In this document: in pieces, positions 1 through 11,373 of the stretch | How positions within the stretch are numbered: position 1 is the stretch's first letter | How the letters are laid out: every line of letters begins with the position of its first letter | Assembly: GCA_916438865.1 (NCBI GenBank) | Contig: CAKAFX010000002.1 | Span: forward strand, 188,552 to 252,551 | Origin: an uncultured Mogibacterium sp. | GTDB lineage: Bacteria > Bacillota > Clostridia > Peptostreptococcales > Anaerovoracaceae | DNA: 64,000 nucleotides | Reading direction: 5' to 3' | Program-made: the position numbers and the translations under genes | Notes under the pieces: generated by a model | Told to the model about the DNA's origin: nothing | What the model saw: only the letters and a program-made list of their open reading frames with translations | Databases searched by the model: none

Positions 1-595
1 GGATTTTTTTCTGACAGATGACAGATTTTTTTCGTCGGCATAAATCCAGAACCGCCCTTATAGTCCCAAGTTTTATTAATTGATAGAGATTGTTTTGAAA
101 AATCAAAGTCGTTCGGAGTTATAGCAAGAGCTTCAGAGAAGCGCATGCCCGTTTTTGCAACAAGTAAAATAAACCAATCCCAATTTAAAGTTTGACCTAA
201 ATCTAATTCCGATAGAAGTTTGTGTAACTCAAACTGATTTAGATATTTAGTCTTCTTTTGACGAGGTGGTTTTCCCTTAATGATTGCTTTTCGTGTTGGA
301 TCTCTTTCGATAAGTCCTTCATCGACAGCATCTAAAATGGCTCCCTTTAACTGGTGGTGAAAGTCCATCGTTGTCTGCCTCTCATGTAGCTCAGCATAAT
401 CATTTAATAACTTTTGATATGTTATTCTAGTCATATCTTTTACCCTTAACGAAGGAGCGAGTTTCTTTATCCACGCTTTCGTAAGTAAATATTTATTCAT
501 AGTTACAGGTCTTATAGCACCCTCCTTATAAACAGTTATCCACTGTGTGTAGTAATCGTAAAATAGCTTATTTTTTTATTTATAGTATTCAGCAT
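1..595 (-). CDS. Tyrosine recombinase/site-specific integrase associated with the type I R-M locus (runs off the window edge; indel near 560)
   Basis: Manual minus-strand translation: MLNTINKK..WITVYKEGAIRPVT..HERQTTMDFHHQLKGAILDAVDEGLIERDP..LLVAKTGMRFSEALA. TGMRxSE is box I of tyrosine recombinases. GGAGG RBS precedes ATG at 595. Confidence 0.9.
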
Positions 596-625
596 AATTT
601 CCTCCAAATAAATGAAAAAAATGCA

Positions 626-658
626 CTTACGCTGATGAAGGGTGATAAGGTTATCGAG
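626..658 (-). repeat. hsdS repeat B ([11 protein letters not shown]), inverted copy
   Basis: Reverse complement ctcgataaccttatcacccttcatcagcgtaag matches 4428-4460 with 1 mismatch, and also matches 5029-5058. Confidence 0.95.
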
Positions 659-1098
659 CCTACACAAAGTGTATGCAATTTGCCTTTGTTCATCTACCGA
701 TGGAATTTGCATTTTATATTCCAGCATCTCAGGTATTTTAAGAACCCTGTTTCGTCCAGCACCGCCTGGGGAAGACAACCAAAGATGATGCCTAAATCTT
801 CCATCTAGAATTAAATAATGCAGAAATTTAGGACATATTTTCTCCGATAAAGAAAATTGCGGAAAACGATGTGATACGAGCTTTTCCGCATCATTTTCAT
901 CAGTAACTGCAACCGCATGCTCCCATGCAAAAGTAATATTTACAATTAATTTATCTGTTGCTACCTTGTGCATTTGAGCTGTGCCTAACTCTTGTCCTGG
1001 TTTTACGTAGTTATAAAAAGTTCCTTTTCCATGACTACGTATACCTAAACGTACATATCCATCATGCGGTGTCTGCATTGGATCAGAGTACTCATTAA

Positions 1099-1129
1099 CA
1101 ATATCCCCCAACTTACGCTGTTCCCAAGC
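1099..1129 (-). repeat. hsdS repeat A (AWEQRKLG), inverted copy
   Basis: Reverse complement gcttgggaacagcgtaagttgggggatattg is identical to 4560-4590 (31 bp); its first 23 bp also match 3944-3966. Confidence 0.95.
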
Positions 1130-1325
1130 ACATGTACTACATCACCCTAATTATAAACTGATAAAAAAACAATAAATATACATCCGATATTATACAGATA
1201 AGTTTGAAAAATCATTATTTTTGGACGTATAATAAAAACAATGCTAAAAGTGAATAAATATTATATTTAGCTTTATTTTTAAACTTTATATGAATTACAA
1301 GACATGTTTGGATGGAGGGTTGCAC

Positions 1326-3890
1326 ATGAACAAGCAGCAATTAGCTTCTAAGATTTGGGAATCAGCAAATAAAATGCGCTCTAAAAATAGAAGCGAATGA
1401 GTATAAGGATTACATTCTAGGGTTTATTTTCTATAAATTCCTCTCTGAAAAGGAGGTTAAGTATCTAAAAAGCCAATGATTGGACAGATGAATATTTGTC
1501 TGAATTGAAAGAAGAAGATTACGAGACAACTCAGAGTATCCAGAAAAAAACCTCGGATATTATATCTCATATGAAAACCTCTTCTCGACATGGATTGAAA
1601 AAAAGGCTCGGATTTCAGTGTTTCAGATGTTAGAGATGCACTTTCCGCTTTTTACAAGATTAGTTAATCCGACACATAATAGCGTATTCGACGGCATATT
1701 CGAAACACTGCAGACAGGGCTGAGCAAGCTTGGAGATAGCGCTGCTTCTCAGACGAAGTCAATAAGTGATCTTATATATCTGATAAAAGACATTCCAATG
1801 GATGGAAAGCAAGGGTATGACGTGCTTGGATTCATTTATGAGTACCTCATCGAGAAATTCGCAGCAAACGCAGGAAAAAAAGCTGGTGAATTCTATACCC
1901 CTCACGAAGTATCGTTACTTATGTCTGAAATAGTAGCAGAACACTTAAAGGATAGAGATAAAATTGAAATTTATGACCCAACTAGTGGCTCAGGTTCTCT
2001 ATTAATCAATATCGGTTTAAGTGCTTCTAAGTACATTGAGGGTAAAAATAAGATTAAGTACTATGCTCAGGAGCTCAAGCAGAACACTTATAATCTCACT
2101 CGTATGAACCTTGTAATGCGTGGAATTGAAGCATATAACATAGTAACTAGAAATGGCGATACATTAGAAAATGACTGGCCGTACTTCGATGAAAAATGAC
2201 CCGATAGGTTCATATGACCCGCTTTACGTGGATGCAGTTGTGTCAAATCCTCCTTATTCCCAGGCATGGTCACCTCAGGACAAAGAGACTGATCCTAGAT
2301 ACGCTGGATACGGTCTTGCTCCGAAGGGCAAGGCAGATTATGCTTTTCTGCTTCATGACCTATACCACCTGAAGCCAGAAGGAATCATGAGTATAGTTCT
2401 TCCTCACGGTGTTTTTATTCCGTGGTGGCGAAGAGGGTGAGATTCGTAAGAACCTAATTGAAAAGAATCAAATAGATACAATTATTGGACTTCCTGCAAA
2501 ATATTTTTTTATGGTACAGGAATCCCAACTATTATTATAATTCTGAAGCAAAAAAGAACCAACACAGACCTTCTTTTTGTGGATGCTTCAAAAGGCTTCG
2601 TGAAAGAAGGCAAGAACAATAAGCTTCGCGCCTCCGATATTAAGAGAATTGTGGACGTTGTAACTCGTAGAGAAGATATTGATAAGTTCTCCAGAGTTGT
2701 TAGCCGTGATGAAATAAGAAGCAATGATTATAACCTTAATATTCCACGATATGTGGACTCATCAGAAGCTGCTGAATCATGGGATATATTCTCGTCGATG
2801 TTTGGAGGATTCCAAATTCAGAGGTCGAACTTTTAAATGATTACTGGAAGGCATTTCCTACGCTCAAAAAGCAGTTTGCTTGAAGCTACATCCTCTGCTT
2901 ACTGCAGGGTAACTCGTGATGATGTAAAAAAAGCAATCAAAGATCATGATGATATCAAAGGCTTCGAAAATAAATTTAAAGATGCATTTGATGGACTTGA
3001 CGATTATTTACATGATGCACTTATCGTGCAAATGGATAATATTAACATATCTAAGAAGGAAGAGGCTCTCGCTGAAAATATCTTTTCTAGACTAGCGGGT
3101 ATTCCGCTAGTTGATAAGTATGAGGCATATCAGCTTCTCGACGATGATTGGGCAAATATAGCAATCGACCTAGAAATTATTCAGACGGAAGGTTTTAATG
3201 CAACTAGGATTGTAGATCCTAATATGGTTATCAAGAAGAAAGATAACAAAGAGCAAGAAGTTCAAGAAGGCTGGAAGGGCAGAATCTTACCATTTGAGCT
3301 GGTTCAGAATTGTTTGCTCTCAGACGAAACGAAGTCCATAGAAGATAAAGAAAATAGACTAGCTGAGATTATTTCTGAATATGAAGAAGCATTTGACAAT
3401 CTATCTGAGGAAGAAAAAGAGCTTGAATGTGTAAATGAAGACAGCTTTGTTTTTGCAGAGGTTAAAAAAGCACTTAAGAACGACAGCATCGATAGTGAGA
3501 CAAAAAGAAAAAAACTAAAGTCTGTAATTGCTCTCAATACAGAAGAAAAAGGGCTTAAAAATCAGAAATAAAGAAAGAAAAAGCACTACTTGAAGAGAGA
3601 ACTAAAGAAATTATAGAAAATCTGTCTGATGAGCAGATTGTATTACTGCTCAGAGAGAAATGGATCAATCCACTAATCGAGAATCTTATGCAACTTCCTG
3701 AAAAAATAGTGTCTGATCTTGTGTCAAAAGTGGAGGCACTGTCAAAGAAGTACGATTCTACACTAGCTGAACTTGAAAATGAAATTGAAAGCACGGAAAG
3801 AGAGCTTTCAAAGATGATTGACGAGCTGGAAGGAACGAATTTGATATGCTTGGACTTGCTGAGTTCAAAAAGCTTCTCGGAGGTGAATAA
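1326..3890 (+). CDS. hsdM: Type I R-M methyltransferase subunit (split by several indels)
   Basis: MNKQQLASKIWESANKMR start; GEFYTP, YDPTSGSGSLL (motif I), VSNPPY (motif IV), YNLNIPRY; ORF fragments 1618-3924. Confidence 0.95.
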
Positions 3891-3891
3891 A

Positions 3892-5114
3892 ATGGCAGAA
3901 AAATCGAAAAAAACCAGCCATTAGATTCGCTGGATTTACTGATGCTTGGGAACAGCGTAAGTTGGGAGAGGTAGTTAAAGAAGTAACTCGTAATGACTCG
4001 GCATCGGAAGCTCCTATAATGATGATAACCGCAAATCATGGGTTTATTGAGCAGTCAGAAAGGTATGCTTTCAATAATGCGGGGAAAGTTTGAAAAGATA
4101 TATCCTTCTCGAAAAGGGCGAACTTGCGTATAATCACGGGGCATCAAAATTGCGTCCATACGGCTCTTGTTTTTGCTTTTAACAACAGCAGAAAACGCCC
4201 GAATCCCCTTTGTTTATCACTGTTTTTTTCAGCAGAAGAACAAAATGCAGAGTTCATGTCGATCGAACTGAACGGCTCTGATGTAGAAAACCAACTTCGC
4301 AAAATTGTATCTTCTGGTGCAAGAATGGATGGGCTATTGAATATATCATTTGCAGAATATACTTCGGTTTCCGTTTTGCTTCCAAAAAAATAGAGGAGCA
4401 AAATCGAATTACTGTTTTTTTCGCAACCTCGACAACCTTATCACCCTTCATCAGCGTAAGTATGACAAGCTAGTTAATGTAAAAAAGGCAATGCTCGAAA
4501 AAATGTTCCCGAAAGATGGGTCTGATGTACCAGAGATACGATTTAAAGGTTTTACTGAAGCTTGGGAACAGCGTAAGTTGGGGGATATTGGGTCCGTTGC
4601 TATGTGCCGAAGAATTTTTTTAAACATCAGACGGGCGAATCTGGGGATATACCGTTTTTTTCAAGATTGGAACATTTGGAGGAACACCCGATGCATTTAT
4701 TTCTAATGAGTTATTTGAGAATTTTTAAATCAAAAATATCCATATCCTAAAAAGGAGATATTTTTAATTTCTGCATCAGGAAGTATAGGAAGAACAGTCG
4801 TATTTACAGGCATGAAGGAGTATTTTCAAGACTCAAATATCGTTTGGCTAAAACATGATGATAGCATAACAAATTTATTTCTTAGGCATCTTTATTCGGT
4901 GGTTAGATGGGCTGGAATTGAAGGAAGTACAATTAAACGGCTGTACAACGACAATATTTTTGAATACTGAAATAATGCTCCCGCCTGTACAAGAGCAAGT
5001 TAAAATTGCTTTGATATTGGATCAGATTGACAACCTTATCACCCTTCATCAGCGTAAGCTTGAAAAAGCTCAAAAATCTCAAAAAAAGCATGCCTTGAGA
5101 AGATGTTTGTATAG
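3892..5114 (+). CDS. hsdS: Type I R-M specificity subunit, two TRDs (split by indels)
   Basis: [15 protein letters not shown] twice, [10 protein letters not shown] twice, central [10 protein letters not shown] spacer, ends KMFV-TAG. Confidence 0.93.
3943..3966 (+). repeat. hsdS repeat A, copy at start of TRD1
   Basis: tgcttgggaacagcgtaagttggg. Confidence 0.93.
4428..4460 (+). repeat. hsdS repeat B, copy at end of TRD1
   Basis: ctcgacaaccttatcacccttcatcagcgtaag. Confidence 0.93.
4560..4590 (+). repeat. hsdS repeat A, copy at start of TRD2
   Basis: gcttgggaacagcgtaagttgggggatattg. Confidence 0.93.
5029..5058 (+). repeat. hsdS repeat B, copy at end of TRD2
   Basis: gacaaccttatcacccttcatcagcgtaag. 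Confidence 0.93.
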
Positions 5115-5152
5115 CAAAAACCATGAATCTTTAAAATACGGAGGAAAACTCT

Positions 5153-8100
5153 ATGATTTTTTTAATAAAGAAGCTGACTTTGAAGAAGCTTTAATAAAAA
5201 AATACTATCTGAAAAAAAGGCTGGGAAAAAAAGAAGTCCTTAAGAACTATACAGAAAAGGACTTACTAGATAACTGGGCGAACATCCTTTTTGAGAATAA
5301 TCGTGATATCGATAGGCTTAATGACTATCCACTAACTGATAGTGAAATGCAGCAGATATTAGAACAGATAGAAGCGCTTAGAACACCACTTAAGTTAAAT
5401 GGCTTCATCAATGGCAAGAGTGTTTCTATAGTTCGAGATAATCCAGATGACACACTTCATTTTGGTAAAGAAGTCAGTCTTAAAATTTATGACCGAAGAG
5501 AAATCGCGGCAGGTCAAAGTAGATATCAGATAGTGCAGCAGCCTAAGTTTCCAACGAAGTCAAGAATTTTAAACGACCGCCGTGGAGACCTGATGCTTCT
5601 TATCAACGGTATGCCTGTAATTCATATTGAACTTAAGAAGAGTGGAATACCAGTAAGTCAAGCCTACCACCAGATAGAAAAATACTCACATGAAGGTGTC
5701 TTTACAGGACTATTTTCATTAGTTCAGATATTTGTAGCAATGGAGCCAAATGAAGCCGTATACTTTGCAAATCCAGGGCCAGAAGGTAAGTTCAATTCGG
5801 ATTACTACTTCCATTGGGCAGACTTCAATAATGAGCCGATTAATGAATGGGACAAAGTAGCTTCCACGCTACTGTCTATTCCTATGGCTCATCAGCTAAT
5901 AGGATTTTATACAGTTGCCGATGATTCAGACGGAGTTCTGAAGGTTATGCGTAGTTATCAGTATTTTTGCGGCTAATGCTATTTCTGACAAAGTCGCAAA
6001 AGACAAAGTGGGAGGGTGACAACCAACTTGGTGGCTACATCTGGCATACAACTGGCTCCGGTAAAACTATGACCAGTTTTAAGTCGGCTCAGCTAATAGC
6101 GAGTTCAAAAGATGCTGATAAAGTAATATTCCTTATGGATAGAATTGAACTCGGCACTCAGTCACTTAAGGAGTACCGTGGGTTTGCCGATGAGAACGAA
6201 GATGTTCAAGCAACTGAAAATACTAATGTTCTCATATCAAAGCTAAAGAGTAGTTCTCCTGCAGATACGCTCATCGTTACTTCTATTCAGAAGATGAGCA
6301 ATATAAAAGATGAAGAAGGCGGATTAAATGCTCATGATATTGAGCTGATAAATAAAAAACGCCTAGTATTTATCGTGGACGAAGCACACCGTTCGACGTT
6401 CGGGGACATGCTAGTTACCATAAAAAACACGTTTATAAAAGCAATATTCTTCGGATTTACAGGAACTCCTATTCAGGATGAGAATAAGAAAAAGAAGAAT
6501 ACAACGACAACTGTATTTGGAGATGAACTTCACAGATATAGTATCGCAGACGGAATCAGAGATAAAAATGTCCTAGGTTTCGATCCATACAAGGTATTAA
6601 CGTTCAGAGATAAAGATCTGAGAACTGCTGTTGCACTTAAGATGGCTAACGCAAAATCTGTAGAAGAAGCTATTAAAGAGCCTGAGAAGAGGAAAATATA
6701 TTATCACTATATGGACTCTAGCAAGGTTAAGATGGCGTCATACAAAGATGAAAATGGCAAAAGTATCAAAGGAATTGAAGACTACGTTCCTAATACTCAG
6801 TATGAGACAGAAGCTCATACTAAGGCTGTAGTTCAAGATATATCAGAAAACTGGCTAACTTTAAGTAGAAATGGTAAGTTCCATGCAATATTTGCTACAA
6901 GTAGTATAAATGAGGCAATTAATTATTACCGTCTCATGAAAGAGATGTTGCCAAAACTTAAAGTTACTGCGCTGTTCGATTCGAATATTGATAATAACGG
7001 TAATTTCCGCATTAAGGAAGATGGGCTCGTAGAGATAATAACTGACTATAACGAGATGTACGAGCAATCTTTTACGATTCCTACATTTGCAAAAAAATGA
7101 AAAAGGATATAGCTGCACGATTAGCGCACAAGAAGCCTTATGAGAGAATCGAGAGAGCCCGAAAAGCAGATTGATTTGCTAATTGTCGTCGATCAGATGT
7201 TAACTGGATTTGACTCAAAATGGGTTAACACTCTGTACCTAGATAAGGTGCTGAAGTATGAGAATATTATCCAGGCCTTTTCGCGTACAAATAGGCTGTT
7301 TGGGCACGAAAAGCCTTTTGGCACTATTAGATATTATCGAAAGCCACATACTATGGATCAGAATATTAGTGATGCAGTAAAAAGCTGTATTCGGGCGATA
7401 AGCCATTAGGTCTGTTTGTTCAGCATCTAACTGAAAATCTAGTGCAGGTAAATATAATATTCGAGAGTATCACCTTGATTTTTTTGTGAATTCTGGAATA
7501 GATAATTTCGAGAAATTGCCAGATGATGTAGAGTCGAGAAAGAAGTTTGCAAAAGACTTTAATCAGTTAAATATCTTTTTAGAATCAGCGAAAATTCAAG
7601 GCTTCACATGGGATAAGAACTCATATACTGATGAAGTATCTGGAGAGATAATTTACGTTTCAATTAGTAAAAATACTTATGATATATTAGTTCTTAGGTA
7701 TAAGGAGATAGATCAAAGTGGACCTAATCCACCGTTTGATGACATGGCGCCTTATGACCTCGAGAGCTATATAACAGAGATGGATACTGGCGTAATCGAT
7801 TCAGATTATATGAATTCGCGTTTTGACAAGTATCTGAAGCTTCTTAGAGCAGAAGATGTAAGCGAGGAGGACGTTGAACGAGCAGAATCTGAACTTAATA
7901 AGTCGTTTGCTATGCTTACCCAAGATGAGCAGAAGTATGCTTATCTATTCCTACATGATATCCAGAGGGGTGATGTAAATATTAGTCCTGACAAGACATT
8001 AAGAGATTATATAAACGATTACATGTTACGTGCAAAGACTGATGAGATTCACCAAATGGCACTGAACCTTGGCCTTGACGAACAGAAGCTCGCGGATATT

Positions 8101-8320
8101 ATGAGTTTGAAGCTCAATGATTCTAATTTAAATGAGTTTGGTAGATACGATGAGCTTAAGCAAACAGTCGATAAGACGAAAGCTAAAGAATATTTTTGAG
8201 AGAATCGAAGGCGTGAAGCTTATACCCCCAAAAGTTAGCATAAAGATTGATAAGCTACTTAGAGATTTCATCTTGAGTGGTGGTATGAATGCATCAGAGT
8301 ATGAAGAGGAAACTGATTAG
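5153..8320 (+). CDS. hsdR: Type I R-M restriction subunit (split by indels)
   Basis: [19 protein letters not shown] nuclease motif, WHTTGSGKT Walker A, DEAH box, [21 protein letters not shown] before ATG 5153. Confidence 0.95.
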
Positions 8321-8376
8321 AGGGTTAAATACTAAAAAAATATAGTCATAAAAACTATTCGCCAAAGAAGAACCAC

Positions 8377-8493
8377 ATGAAACGATAAATGAATTCCGCC
8401 TTAGCATACGCAATCCTCGCCATGACCCGAGGCGTATTCTACCGCGAGTTTACCAAATGCCACAGACGCAGTGTATCTGAGGCGGACAAATAA
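8377..8493 (+). pseudogene. Truncated remnant resembling the N-terminus of a DUF2871 membrane protein
   Basis: MKR*MNSALAYAILAMTRGVFYREFTK then diverges and stops; GVFYREFTK recalled as a DUF2871 signature. Confidence 0.5.
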
Positions 8494-8517
8494 CTAATTT
8501 CAAAACAAACATAATGC

Positions 8518-8546
8518 AAAAAAATCAGGCTCACGCCTGATTTTTT
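8518..8546. terminator. Bidirectional intrinsic terminator
   Basis: aaaaaaatcaggc-tcac-gcctgatttttt hairpin with A/T tails between convergent genes. Confidence 0.8.
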
Positions 8547-8684
8547 CTTCTCTACAAACACAGACTTTCTGAAATACTAATCACACAAGAAAAATCCTTG
8601 TTTCGAAAAATAACTAGTTTTTGAAATAAGAATGAGACATACTCAAATAAAAAAATAGAATAAATATTGTGAATAACTCCGACC

Positions 8685-9113
8685 CTACTCATACATTGCC
8701 ATCTCGACACTATCGAGATACTGACATAGCGACTTATTAAACTTTTCGTAATCAGCATATGCAAATTCCTCAGTAGCCCGTGCAATATTCACATACACAG
8801 TCTTAGTCTGGTTATAAAAAGTAATCATCAGCGGCAGCTTGAACACCGTAGAGAAGCCTCTAACAGTCAGATTGCCAGCTTCCTCGATTCTCATAATGTC
8901 TTCCTTCGAATGAATATCTAATAGATTATTATCAGTTAATATCTCAACGGGCATTTCCTTGTCGTCGTAGTAATCGTACATCTTGGCAGTAGCCTTGCAA
9001 ATGCTCTCCCAACCGGTAGCATATGTAAGGTCCCACTGTGATAGTAACCAATTTTCATCTCCTCGTACTCCGATTAACAGCATTTTAACCTCCTGACCCA
9101 TACCGCTAGGCAT
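8685..9113 (-). CDS. Hypothetical protein (start uncertain)
   Basis: 142-aa ORF with protein-like composition; no motif recognised. Confidence 0.65.
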   Translation of the reverse strand: MPSGMGQEVKMLLIGVRGDENWLLSQWDLTYATGWESICKATAKMYDYYDDKEMPVEILTDNNLLDIHSKEDIMRIEEAGNLTVRGFSTVFKLPLMITFYNQTKTVYVNIARATEEFAYADYEKFNKSLCQYLDSVEMAMYE

Positions 9114-9327
9114 GTAACCAATTATTTCTTACTCTATGGTAAACCTCATAGCAATAGTTTTCAACTGACTAGTTGAAATAACATTTTCGTATACACATAG
9201 CAAAGAAACCGAACCACGCTTGCCAAACACCGTACTTAACTATGGTATAATTTATTGAAACAATAACCCATTTAATTAAGGCAAAACAAACAAACTAAAA
9301 GTTGCTGGAGGAAGCCGGAGGAACACC

Positions 9328-10164
9328 ATGAACAAGCAAACTCGCATAAGAGCTCTTTTCACTATTTTACTATCTGCAATGCTCATATTCTCACTCGCAG
9401 CCTGCAGCAAGAAAGAGCCTAAGAAAGAAGAGAAAAAGCCTTCAAAGTCAAGTGTGACAGAGAAGCTAGAGAAGAAGAGAAAGGCTGCATATCAGGCTTA
9501 CAAGACAATCATAGAGCAGAATCAGCCAGCAATCAAAGCATATTCATGGCAGACCGTTCCTGGAAAGGATACATATAATAGCCGAGGAATCGATAGACCG
9601 ATTTCGCTCTGTGATATAGACGGAGATAAAATTTCGGAGCTGTTCTTCTTCACTGCGAATAATGAATTTGATGCACAGATGCACATATATACATATAATG
9701 GCAAAGAAGCCGTAGAACTCAGCTACGATGGATTTAATGAAGGCTCATATAGTGGCAAACTTGCGGATCAGCAAGCTGCAGCGGGCACTTCATATGTCGT
9801 ATACAAGGGTAAAGAGGCAAATTCTCTATACATATATGATTCAAACGGCGATGATAGCATGTTTTACAACATACACAAGTATACGATGAAGAATTCAAAA
9901 CTTGAACTAGTTCAAACTCTATCCAATGTTGTAGGACATGAAGACAGTGGAAAAATCACCGATGTATACAAGAGAAACGGCAAAACCGTGTCAAACGCAG
10001 ATGGCGGTAAGTCATTCACAAATTCATTTGCCCAGCTCGATAAAGCCATCATCTTCAGTACTAATAGAGAAGAGACCAACGTGTCGCTGTGGAAGAAGTT
10101 CAGTTTCAATGATGCGCTATGCATCTCGTACGACCAGGCGATAACCAAACTGAACGAGAAGTAA
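9328..10164 (+). CDS. Hypothetical lipoprotein
   Basis: Signal peptide with lipobox LAAC, Lys-rich linker, GGAGG RBS. Confidence 0.8.
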   Translation: MNKQTRIRALFTILLSAMLIFSLAACSKKEPKKEEKKPSKSSVTEKLEKKRKAAYQAYKTIIEQNQPAIKAYSWQTVPGKDTYNSRGIDRPISLCDIDGDKISELFFFTANNEFDAQMHIYTYNGKEAVELSYDGFNEGSYSGKLADQQAAAGTSYVVYKGKEANSLYIYDSNGDDSMFYNIHKYTMKNSKLELVQTLSNVVGHEDSGKITDVYKRNGKTVSNADGGKSFTNSFAQLDKAIIFSTNREETNVSLWKKFSFNDALCISYDQAITKLNEK

Positions 10165-10419
10165 TATTATTAACATGCCTGAGATATCAAAAAGCTTTAT
10201 TAGAGTTCCAGAGTGTGAATAGCACAAGGCAAAAAAGTACCAAAAAACGGAAAAATTTGCACTATTTTCGCATTAATATTCACTTTTTGAAAAAACCTAA
10301 AGACATATAGGCAAAATAGGTTTATAATTACGACGTAAAGTAGAATAAACGGTAAAACGATTATCTTTACATGTTTACGGACATACTCAATAGATTTGAG
10401 ATTATGTAAGGAGAACTAC

Positions 10420-11229
10420 ATGATTAGCTTATTTGATACCGATGTTGTGAAATTTGAGAATCCTGACTATACCTTTGAGGTGCGTAGTGATGGCTGCACT
10501 TACACACATAAGAAGAAAGGTGTACTCGAGATTAATTTCGATGATGTTCTGACTATTCATCATACGAGATACTGTAATTCTAACAATAATTATATGCTCA
10601 TGTTCACAAGTGTAGATCCGCTCAAGAAGAGCATAGATATAACACTGGACACTAATCCGTATTATGAAGGACACAACATAAGGGAGACCAAGACTCTGCT
10701 AGTTGCCTTCGCTGCTCATAAGCTTGGAAAGGAATTCCCTAATAACATCGGCAGTATAGATGTTACATTGGGACATTCGCTCAAGGAGAAGCAGATTAAG
10801 CTCCGCGGTAATAAGATTGTAGGTGCAAAGCACGAAGTCGATATAGATCAGATCAAGAGAGTTGTCTGTGTTGCAACCGGATCTATCAACAACTTTGCTA
10901 TATACACAAGTGAAACTAAGAAGGGTTTCTTCGATAAGCCAGATATGTCAGTACCTATTAATTCCATTACGGCACATCTGCTCGAAGCAATCGTAACTAA
11001 GAATACAGGTCATGGAATCGATTTTAGCCACGGCAATTCATGGGATCAGAAGAATTCGGATTACATAATTATTCGTTTTATGGATCCAGGTTTCTTCCTA
11101 ACGGATATTGGGAACTTCAAGGAACCAGGCTTCTACCTAACGGATGTTGAGAACTTCAAGGAAGATTGGCAGAAAGTCGCATTCGAAAGAGTCATACCAT
11201 TCGGTTACTATATCGATGGTACAATGTAG
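10420..11229 (+). CDS. Hypothetical protein
   Basis: Long ORF, AAGGAG RBS before ATG 10420; internal 13-aa tandem duplication. Confidence 0.75.
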   Translation: MISLFDTDVVKFENPDYTFEVRSDGCTYTHKKKGVLEINFDDVLTIHHTRYCNSNNNYMLMFTSVDPLKKSIDITLDTNPYYEGHNIRETKTLLVAFAAHKLGKEFPNNIGSIDVTLGHSLKEKQIKLRGNKIVGAKHEVDIDQIKRVVCVATGSINNFAIYTSETKKGFFDKPDMSVPINSITAHLLEAIVTKNTGHGIDFSHGNSWDQKNSDYIIIRFMDPGFFLTDIGNFKEPGFYLTDVENFKEDWQKVAFERVIPFGYYIDGTM

Positions 11230-11271
11230 CTGGATTAGCTTATAAATAAGCTTGAATTCCTTTTTTTACAC

Positions 11272-11321
11272 ACACACTTTAAAAAGGGTGGGCCCAGTGC
11301 TCACCCTTTTAAAGTTGTGTT
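11272..11321 (+). terminator. Intrinsic terminator
   Basis: ctttaaaaagggtgggc-ccagt-gctcacccttttaaag hairpin. Confidence 0.75.
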
Positions 11322-11373
11322 TTTACCCTAAATTCTAGACAAAAATAAGTAAATATATTGGTGCAAAAAATTA

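Larger units (their letters stand above)
600..1130 (-). other. hsdS: Silent hsdS cassette (one target-recognition domain), inverted relative to the expressed hsdS
   Basis: Reads [11 protein letters not shown]...[11 protein letters not shown], the conserved TRD borders of the + strand hsdS. An in-frame TGA lies just upstream and there is no start codon before WEQRK. Confidence 0.88.

Noticed and set aside
1..595. Integrase as a prophage/ICE boundary
   Set aside because: No phage or conjugation genes in the window; the context fits an hsdS-shuffling recombinase.
536..625. Apparent in-frame fusion of the silent hsdS TRD to the recombinase start
   Set aside because: It depends on the length of the A7 run at 615-621; one base fewer gives a stop overlapping the recombinase ATG, so it is unreliable in this assembly.
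626..5058. About 30-bp repeats as a CRISPR array
   Set aside because: They are coding, hundreds of bp apart, in both orientations, and no cas genes are present.
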